Shown: positions 8,707 to 16,472 of the stretch, piece by piece
Layout of the letters: every line of letters begins with the position of its first letter
How positions within the stretch are numbered: position 1 is the first letter of the stretch
NCBI GenBank assembly: GCA_938005745.1
Contig: CALLMM010000016.1
Coordinates: 12,192 to 76,191 of the forward strand
Direction of reading: 5' to 3'
DNA length: 64,000 bases
Origin: an uncultured Chthonomonadales bacterium
GTDB lineage: Bacteria > Armatimonadota > Chthonomonadetes > Chthonomonadales > CAJBBX01
Notes under the pieces: generated by a model
The model's database searches: none
What the model was told of the DNA's origin: nothing
What the model saw: only the letters and a program-made list of their open reading frames with translations
Program-made: the position numbers and the translations under genes

Positions 8707-11700
8707 ATGAGACGATATTGCAGCGCATTCGGATGGCTGGTGATGACGGCTGTCCTGTGCTTGCTGACCCCTATGATCGCGCTCGGAGCGCCGCAGATCA
8801 CGAATGCCGTCGTTCTGGCGAATAACGTCGGCGGTATCGAGACCGGCACTGAGAACACACAGTTTATCTTCAGAGCCGATATTGTGCCGCAGACGGGTGG
8901 CTTGCGCGCTCTGTCGCAGTTCGGCCTCAATACTCCGGCAGGCGTGGTCATCAACGTTTTCGATCCCGCCAACCCGGAGGCGGGCGGAGCTGCTGTGCTG
9001 GAGATGTTTAATGTGGGCGGCAGCACCTTCGTTGCCTATGTGCCCGGCTACCTCATCTCCAGTCTGGGCGGCGTCAGAACGAACATCACCTGGTCCATTC
9101 TCGGGCGCGATCAGGGCACGGACGGCACATTTCAAGATGGGACTCAGGCGGCTCCCAAGCCTGCGACGGCGACCCTGCGGGTGGTGCCGAGCCAGGCGGT
9201 TGAGATCGTGCCCGTAGATGAGAACTTCCAGCCGGACAAGCGCATGATCCCCGGTCAGCTCGGCAACGGTCTGCGGGTAGACCCCTCGCAGTCCACTGCG
9301 CCCAACGACGGCGGCAGCTCGCACTTCTTCACATGGCGTGTGCGCGTGCGAACGCTGGACGGTCTGCCCCTGCAGTTTTTTGCCCGCAGAAACAACTACC
9401 GATGGCGGGATCCGCGGTTGGAGCAGGGGCAGCCTCTGGTGCGCCAGTACAACAGCGCTCTGCATCTGGTTCTGATTGATCCGGCGGGGAACCGCTACCG
9501 GGTTCCGATGGAGATAGATCCGGATGCGCCAGGACAGGCGGGACTGCATGACGCAACCTATACGACGGATGCGCTCAACCCCGACACGCTGTTCCGCCCG
9601 ACTGGAGGCAACGTCTGGAGCAACGGCGTCTACTATCGCTTCCGCATGCTTCCGACACAGTACGGCTTTAACTGGGGACCGTTCCCCGGCGAAGGACCCT
9701 TCACCGCCTTTGGCGGACCGACCCAGCCGGACAGCATTCCCGCTCTGCCGATCGGGTTTAACTCCACGCCGGAGATCATAGGGCGACCGTTTGCCAATCT
9801 CTATACCGGCTTTGCCGATCCGGACCCGCGCGCATTCGGATTTCCGGGGCAGCCGTTCCCGTTCTATACCAATACGGCGGGACGCGCCGGACAGTGGCAG
9901 TACTACTTCGTGACCACCACCGACCTGCGACCGCCTACCCGTCCCTCCTTCCCGACAAACGGCTCGATCAACACCTATCCCCGAGATCTGTACGGCGCCG
10001 ATCCGGACGCCTACCTGTATAACTACGACAGCGATCTAGGCGCAGCCTCCTACAACATGCTGGGCTTCTCGTTGGGAACACTCGGCACCCCCTACAACCA
10101 TCCGCGCGTGACCCCCATCCTCTCCGACGGCGGCTGGACGGATGACCTGCCGGAGAACGGCTATGCCGGCGGATCCGGGCGCAACGCGCATCGGTCTCGC
10201 CCGACCACCAAGACCCGCGTGCGCTTCCAGGTGCGCGTGACCAAGGACACCACCAGCCCCCTGCCCGCGCAGGCGGTGCGCGTCTGGATAGACGGCACTC
10301 CGCACACCATGCAGCCGCTGCCGGGCACGAGCGATCTGGACTACCTGACAGGGCGCGTCTTCTACTACGACACCACCTTCAGCGCGCCGGGACAGACCGG
10401 GCAGCACTGGATCTACTTCGATGTGGATGACGGCGTCAACCGGGCGATCTGGCCCCGCCGCGACACCTCGGTCAATGGAACGGGAGACACAAGGTACCCC
10501 GATCCGCAGGCGGCGCTTATTCCGCAGTTCAACAACCCGGTGAACTTCGGCACCGGCATTGTCGGCAAGAACTTCCTGAATGAGCCGTTTGTCAACTCCC
10601 GACCGGTGTTGAGCAATCCGACGCTCTCTCCGCCTTCCGGTGTGGAGGCGCAGCCCTACACCTATGAGGTAACCTTTACCGACGCCGATAACGATGAGCC
10701 GGTGGACGCCTGGGTCTACATTGACGGCATGACGGACGCCTTCCGGCACCGCATGACGCCGGTGGACAACACGCCCACCAGCCAGGGACGACGCTACCGC
10801 TTCGTCCTGACCCAGTTGACGCCGGCGCCGAGTCACTACTACTTCTTCAAGTTCCGCGATAACTGGAACAGCGCCATCACCACTCAGCGTTACGGCATCA
10901 GCCCGCTGCGCCGCGAGTATGGCGAGTGGACGACCCTGCCGCAGGGCGATGATGACGGCAATCCGTCGAGCGTTATTCCAGGACCGATCATCACGGGCAA
11001 CCGCCCGTGTGAGCTGACCGACGCAGACTTCACCTTCAGCGATCCGTCGCAGACGTCGGCGACACTCTACGACTTCCTGGTAAAGTACCGGAGCCAGGAC
11101 AACAACCCGCCAACCAGCATCACCTTCTACCTGAGCAACGACGCTGGAGCTACCTATGACGGCGGAACCGCAATGGTGAAGGCGGAGGGCAGCACAAACT
11201 ACACCGCCGGCGTGCTCTATCACCTGCCGGAGCGTATCCGCCTGCCCTACTTCCGCAACAACAATCCGGCACTGGGGGTGGCGCAGTACCGCTTCAAGTT
11301 CCGCGCCTCCGATGGTGTGCAGTCGGTAGACACAACCCTGGTGCGCGTGGGAACCGGCAGCAATGCGTTCGCTAGCCGCACCGCGCAGCAACTGGCGCCG
11401 GTGGGCGGCTCCAACACCGTCTTCGAGAACCCCAAGGGCACCAAACGATGGTCTGTCAGCCCGACGACAACCTTCCTCTGGAAAGCCGTCAACGGCGCTC
11501 CGACCCTGCTGATCCTGGACGATCCCGGACCGCTGGGCTATACGGTGGATGCCGTGAACGGGCTGGTAACCCTCAACACGGCGGTACAGAGCGGCGAGGC
11601 GGTCTTTGCCTCCTACTACTATCTGGAGACGCTGGGACCAGCCATCAACCAGAATGCCGCGCCCACGCTGACGGAGCCGACGCCCAATTCACCGACAACC

Positions 11701-14700
11701 AACAACGGCACGCTGACCCCGCTGCAGGGCGGACCGAATACCCAGTTCACCTACAGCATCATCTACACCGACGCCAACAATCAGGAGCCTGCGCCGGGCT
11801 ATCCGGTCGTGGTGGTGGACAGCAACCGCACCTTCGTCATGACCCGCGATCCCAACACGCCGACGCCCATCAACTATGCCAGCGGCGTCCGCTATAACCT
11901 GGTGCTCGACGGCGCAACCCTGGGCAACGGACCGCATACCTACCACTTCCAGGCTTCGGATGGAGCCGATCTGGTGCGTTTCCCGGTCTCCGGCGATCTG
12001 CTGGGACCGAGCGTCTCCAATATCGGAGACATTCAGCTGCTGCCGGGCAACGCCTCAATCCAGCCGTTCCCGAAGGGCAGATCGAACGATAAGTACACCT
12101 TTACCGTTCGCTACAGCAACAGCCAGGGACTGGCTCCGGTCTTCCCGATAGAGCTTCGCATCCGGGCGGAGAGTCCGTCCAATGATGTGAAGACGGTGCA
12201 GATGCTGCCGATAGATCCGATCGGCGAGAACGAGTTCCGCAACGGCGTGCGCTATCAGGTGCAGCTGCAGGCGCCGGATGCCGCCCGGAACCTGGTTCCC
12301 GGAACCCACGAGATCACCTTCGGCTTCCAGGGACAGGGCGCCAGCACCACGCCGCTGAACCTGATCGTCAACGGACCGCCGCAGCTGACGGACGCGGTCG
12401 CCGCGCCGAACCCGGCAAGTCAGGCGGGAGACATCGTCTTCTCCGTGAAGTATACCGATGTCAACGGCGATCCGCCGGTTCGCAACGGCGAGCGGATGCT
12501 GAAGCTCTTCATCAACGGTCAGGCGCGTCCGGAGCAGCCGACGACGATCCCGGCAAATCCGACAGCCGACGACTTCAAGGGGCTTAACCCGAATCAGGGA
12601 GTCACCTATGTCTGGACCTATCGGGCAGAGGTCTTCCCGGTCGGTACCCACTCCTTCTACTTCACCGCGCAGGACGACCTGGAGCCGGAGCCGCCGCTGA
12701 CGCTGCCGCCGCTTCCGGGCGGAACCTTCGAGATCGTCGCGCCCAACGTGCCGCAGCTTCTGCCGGCGGTAGACGGCGCGCCGAATGAGGGCACCGTCAG
12801 CCCGTTGACCGGACCGCAGAACGGGCAGTACACCTACTCGATCCGGTACCGCCATTCGGACGGCGTACCGCCGGTACGCATTCAGGTCATCATCACTCCC
12901 GACCCGAATCGCTATCCGGGGGCGCAGACGATCACCCGCGACCTGACGCCGGACCCGTCGGAGCCGCAGAACCCGACGCAGTCCGACTTCCAGCGTCCGA
13001 CGGGCGTGCTCTACAGCCTGCAGACGGCGGTCGGAGAGCTGCCTCCGGGACAGCACCGCTACCGCTTCGAGGCGGCAGACCGCCTGACGGTGGTCAACCG
13101 CCCGACGCCTGCCGGAACCGACTACACCGGACCGACGATCAATTCGGCGCCGACTCTCTCCGAAGGAACCGTCTATCTGGAGGGAAGCACGACCATCCCG
13201 ACGGTCAACGCGCAGAATCAGTTGACCCCACCGGTGGCGGGCAACGTACTCAACCGGTTCATCTTCCGGGTGAAGTACACCGATCTGGACAACACCGGAC
13301 CGGCGCCCAATACCATGATCGTCACGATCAATAACTCGCAGACCCTGCCGCTGACCCGGAAGTCGGGAGACTTCACCACCGGCGCGATCTACGAGTCCGA
13401 TCCGACCACGCTGACGGCGGGACAGAAGACCTTCAACTTCACCGTCTCCGACAGCAACTTCCCGGTCCAGGATCGCGGACGGTTCCCGTCCGGATCGGCG
13501 GATATCACCGGTCTGACGGTGCGCAACATCCCGACGCTGGAGGCTCCGGCGGGCGGAACGTTGAGCCCGACCTCCGGACCGATCTCGACGACCTTTACCT
13601 ACCAGGTCGTCTACAAGAACGCCGATAACACCGCGCCGGCTTACGTTCGGGTCTTCATTGACGGCACGCCGTACGATATGACGAAGGTAACGCCGGGTGC
13701 CAACTACGCGGCGGGCGTAACCTACCAGTATCAGTATCGGTTCCCGCAGGACGTGGGACAGCAGAGCCACACCTACTACTTCGAGGCGCAGGACACCCTC
13801 AGCGCCGACTATGTGGCGAAGCTGCCGGTCAGTCCGAACCCGCCGTTTAACGGACCGACGCTCAACGTGCCGGTCTTCCGGGTCTATCGCATCAATCCCA
13901 GCCCGGCAAGCATCGGAAGCCCCGTAACCATCACCGGCGCGCTGATCACCCAGCCGATTATCGGCACGCCCATCTCGCTGCAGTTGATCCGACCGGATGG
14001 AACCGGAATCAACGATACCGCGACTACCAGCGCGACGGATGGTTCGTTCTCCTACACCTTCACGCCGACCCAGACCGGCGACTGGAAACTGCGCCTGAGC
14101 TGGGGCGGCAGCGCGGGAACCTTTGACCCGCTGAGCGCCGAGTTCTCACGGGATGAGCTGGGCAACCCGTTCCGGGTAACCGGCTTCACTCTGAACATCG
14201 GCTCCGGCGAACTGGATATGATCGCGTCGCCGCTGGTTCCGGTGACCCCCGATCCGTCCATCTCCTTCTCGCCGACCCGACCGGGCTCGGGCGATCCGGT
14301 GAGCGTTACCGTGCTCAACATGGTGAAGTGGATGACCACCACGGCTCCGGCAGGACGCTATCTGCTGCTCAACAGCGATGCCAACTTCCCGGGCATCGCG
14401 GGCGGGCAGTCCTACTGGGTGCGTCCGAGCGAGAGCGTGGTTCTCAACCCGCGCGGCAGACTGCATGATCAGACTCAGCCCTACAGCATCCCGCTGAAAG
14501 CCGGCTGGAACATGGTGGGGTCCGTCTATCTGCAGGATATCAACTGGAGCGCGGTGAAGGTGCGCTATCAGGGACAGACTCTCGGCGTGGGCGATGCTCC
14601 CGGCATCGTGCGCTCGATCGCCTGGACCTATGATAAGGCGACAGGCGGCTACTCGGTCATCAGTTCGAACGGCGTGCTGAGACCGGGACGCGGTTACTGG

Positions 14701-15501
14701 GTCCGCGCCTTCGTGGACTGCGAACTGATCCTGTCGCCGCCGGGAACCCGCTCCGCATCGCTCTCCCGCGAGGCGGATATTCGGGACGGCAGCCTGCAGA
14801 TCGTTGCTCGCATGGGCAACCGGATGGATACCGACAACTTCGTGCCGCTGACCGGTCTCGACAAAACACGGATGGCAATGCTGGAGAAGCCGCCGTATGT
14901 CGGCAACTACGTGACGGTGCGCCTGGTTCCGACGGATACCGCACAGCTTCCGGCGGAGACTCGCGCCGCCGCCAGCCAGACCGTCATCATGTTCGACGTG
15001 GAGACCGACCGCAAGGATGCCGACGTGACGGTGCAGTTCCCGAACGTGAGCGCCATGGGACGCAGCTACGAGGTAACGCTCGTAGACCTGGCGAACGGCG
15101 CCCGCCGCGCGCTGGGTTCCAATTCGGGATACGCCTATAACTCCGGAGACAACAGCAAGCCGCGCCGCTTCGCGCTGCTGGTGGACACGGTGTCGAATAA
15201 CTCGCGTCTGATCATCAGCGACGTGAAGGGGACGGGCCGCTCCGCCGGCGCGATGTCCTTCAGCTACAACATCTCCGGAACAGCCAGCGTTCGCGCGCAG
15301 ATCGTCGGCGGCTCCGGGCAGGTCGTTCGCGATCTGCAGCAGGGACGCGCCGTGACCCGCGGCGTCAATTCCCTGCTGTGGGATGGCAAGGACGCCAGGG
15401 GAGTGTCCGTCCCGGCGGGAACTTATCTCCTGAAGCTGACGGCAACGGATGATAAGGGACGCTCCGCGACCGCCGTACTGCCGGTTACCCTGGTTCGCTA
15501 A
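8707..15501 (+). CDS. Giant (~2264 aa) secreted protein with about 9 Ig-like repeats and shared FlgD-Ig C-terminal region (putative adhesin/surface protein)
   Basis: RBS GGGGAG before ATG 8707; signal peptide; repeats of the form P.L..GT[LV]SP..G....[FY]T[YF].V.Y.D.[DN]..P; GWNMVGS, GYWVRA; tail WDGKDARGVSVPAGTY...PVTLVR. Confidence 0.88.
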   Translation: MRRYCSAFGWLVMTAVLCLLTPMIALGAPQITNAVVLANNVGGIETGTENTQFIFRADIVPQTGGLRALSQFGLNTPAGVVINVFDPANPEAGGAAVLEMFNVGGSTFVAYVPGYLISSLGGVRTNITWSILGRDQGTDGTFQDGTQAAPKPATATLRVVPSQAVEIVPVDENFQPDKRMIPGQLGNGLRVDPSQSTAPNDGGSSHFFTWRVRVRTLDGLPLQFFARRNNYRWRDPRLEQGQPLVRQYNSALHLVLIDPAGNRYRVPMEIDPDAPGQAGLHDATYTTDALNPDTLFRPTGGNVWSNGVYYRFRMLPTQYGFNWGPFPGEGPFTAFGGPTQPDSIPALPIGFNSTPEIIGRPFANLYTGFADPDPRAFGFPGQPFPFYTNTAGRAGQWQYYFVTTTDLRPPTRPSFPTNGSINTYPRDLYGADPDAYLYNYDSDLGAASYNMLGFSLGTLGTPYNHPRVTPILSDGGWTDDLPENGYAGGSGRNAHRSRPTTKTRVRFQVRVTKDTTSPLPAQAVRVWIDGTPHTMQPLPGTSDLDYLTGRVFYYDTTFSAPGQTGQHWIYFDVDDGVNRAIWPRRDTSVNGTGDTRYPDPQAALIPQFNNPVNFGTGIVGKNFLNEPFVNSRPVLSNPTLSPPSGVEAQPYTYEVTFTDADNDEPVDAWVYIDGMTDAFRHRMTPVDNTPTSQGRRYRFVLTQLTPAPSHYYFFKFRDNWNSAITTQRYGISPLRREYGEWTTLPQGDDDGNPSSVIPGPIITGNRPCELTDADFTFSDPSQTSATLYDFLVKYRSQDNNPPTSITFYLSNDAGATYDGGTAMVKAEGSTNYTAGVLYHLPERIRLPYFRNNNPALGVAQYRFKFRASDGVQSVDTTLVRVGTGSNAFASRTAQQLAPVGGSNTVFENPKGTKRWSVSPTTTFLWKAVNGAPTLLILDDPGPLGYTVDAVNGLVTLNTAVQSGEAVFASYYYLETLGPAINQNAAPTLTEPTPNSPTTNNGTLTPLQGGPNTQFTYSIIYTDANNQEPAPGYPVVVVDSNRTFVMTRDPNTPTPINYASGVRYNLVLDGATLGNGPHTYHFQASDGADLVRFPVSGDLLGPSVSNIGDIQLLPGNASIQPFPKGRSNDKYTFTVRYSNSQGLAPVFPIELRIRAESPSNDVKTVQMLPIDPIGENEFRNGVRYQVQLQAPDAARNLVPGTHEITFGFQGQGASTTPLNLIVNGPPQLTDAVAAPNPASQAGDIVFSVKYTDVNGDPPVRNGERMLKLFINGQARPEQPTTIPANPTADDFKGLNPNQGVTYVWTYRAEVFPVGTHSFYFTAQDDLEPEPPLTLPPLPGGTFEIVAPNVPQLLPAVDGAPNEGTVSPLTGPQNGQYTYSIRYRHSDGVPPVRIQVIITPDPNRYPGAQTITRDLTPDPSEPQNPTQSDFQRPTGVLYSLQTAVGELPPGQHRYRFEAADRLTVVNRPTPAGTDYTGPTINSAPTLSEGTVYLEGSTTIPTVNAQNQLTPPVAGNVLNRFIFRVKYTDLDNTGPAPNTMIVTINNSQTLPLTRKSGDFTTGAIYESDPTTLTAGQKTFNFTVSDSNFPVQDRGRFPSGSADITGLTVRNIPTLEAPAGGTLSPTSGPISTTFTYQVVYKNADNTAPAYVRVFIDGTPYDMTKVTPGANYAAGVTYQYQYRFPQDVGQQSHTYYFEAQDTLSADYVAKLPVSPNPPFNGPTLNVPVFRVYRINPSPASIGSPVTITGALITQPIIGTPISLQLIRPDGTGINDTATTSATDGSFSYTFTPTQTGDWKLRLSWGGSAGTFDPLSAEFSRDELGNPFRVTGFTLNIGSGELDMIASPLVPVTPDPSISFSPTRPGSGDPVSVTVLNMVKWMTTTAPAGRYLLLNSDANFPGIAGGQSYWVRPSESVVLNPRGRLHDQTQPYSIPLKAGWNMVGSVYLQDINWSAVKVRYQGQTLGVGDAPGIVRSIAWTYDKATGGYSVISSNGVLRPGRGYWVRAFVDCELILSPPGTRSASLSREADIRDGSLQIVARMGNRMDTDNFVPLTGLDKTRMAMLEKPPYVGNYVTVRLVPTDTAQLPAETRAAASQTVIMFDVETDRKDADVTVQFPNVSAMGRSYEVTLVDLANGARRALGSNSGYAYNSGDNSKPRRFALLVDTVSNNSRLIISDVKGTGRSAGAMSFSYNISGTASVRAQIVGGSGQVVRDLQQGRAVTRGVNSLLWDGKDARGVSVPAGTYLLKLTATDDKGRSATAVLPVTLVR

Positions 15502-15563
15502 TAAGACAGCGGGAGGGGCTTCTTCGCAGGAAGAGGCTCCTCCTTCTGGAAGGAGCCCTGTAG

Positions 15564-16367
15564 ATGATGAGAAGAGTGCAGATACGACCGATCACCCTGC
15601 GATCCGTCGTTGCGCTGGCAGCCGCTCTGACGGTGGCGGCAGCCGCCAGCGTGACCGGCGCCTCCGCTGGCGAATCCGGCAAGGGCAATCTGGCGCAGGC
15701 TGTCAAGAAGACGGCGCTTCTGTTCCCGTTCGACAAGACCAATGTCAGCGTCGCCAATGCAGAAGAGATTTCGCAGATGCTGACCGATCAGGCGTACTCG
15801 CGCCTGATCCTGACCAACGCCTACTCCGTCACCCGCTACTTCAAGGCTCTGCCTACGGTTGCGCGCCTGCATAGCGATCAGCAGTTGACCGATGCGGATA
15901 TCGCTCCCCCCTATGCAGAGGATAACCGCAAGCCCGCCAAGATCGTGAAGCTGATCGGCTACGATCAGGCTTTCGTCGGCTCGATTGACAGCTATGAGTA
16001 CAGCAACGGCAGGGCGACCATAACCATCAGCGGACGCCTGCTTGAGGTAACCGACGAGGGAGCGGGATACCGCGTCCTTCGCAACGCGGCGCTGAGCGCG
16101 ACCAGCGGAAGCGGCAGTACCGAAGAGGAGCGCGCTCTCAACGCCGCCCGCGATGCCGGCGAGAAACTGATGTCGCAGCTTGCCCCCAGCGTGGCGGTTC
16201 CCGTAACGCCGGATACCACGAAACCAGCGGAGAAAAAGCCCCGCAAGCGCGCCAATATGGACTGGCTCTGGGGCGTGCTTGCCATCGGTCTGGGACTGGG
16301 AATCGGGCTGTCTACCGGCGGCGGACGCGGAGGCGGCGGATCCGACAGTCCTCCTCCTCCCCCCTAG
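15564..16367 (+). CDS. Secreted CsgG/FlgT-like domain protein with C-terminal hydrophobic Gly-rich segment and PPPPP end
   Basis: Signal peptide; LLFPFDK..IGYDQAFVGSIDSY..ITISGRLLEV alpha/beta pattern; WLWGVLAIGLGLGIGL-STGGG..SPPPPP. Confidence 0.7.
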   Translation: MMRRVQIRPITLRSVVALAAALTVAAAASVTGASAGESGKGNLAQAVKKTALLFPFDKTNVSVANAEEISQMLTDQAYSRLILTNAYSVTRYFKALPTVARLHSDQQLTDADIAPPYAEDNRKPAKIVKLIGYDQAFVGSIDSYEYSNGRATITISGRLLEVTDEGAGYRVLRNAALSATSGSGSTEEERALNAARDAGEKLMSQLAPSVAVPVTPDTTKPAEKKPRKRANMDWLWGVLAIGLGLGIGLSTGGGRGGGGSDSPPPPP

Positions 16368-16472
16368 TGATGTACGATGACTGACCGGCGAACCTGGAAG
16401 CCTCAGAGCGTTAACGTGTCCTCCGCAGGACCCCCGCTTGCTCTGGGGCTTCTCGCCTGACTGAAGATCGCC

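Noticed and set aside
1-15501. Flagellar gene cluster (FlgD/FlgT domain names)
   Set aside because: Only generic Ig and ring-type domains on Sec-signal proteins; no hook, rod or export genes
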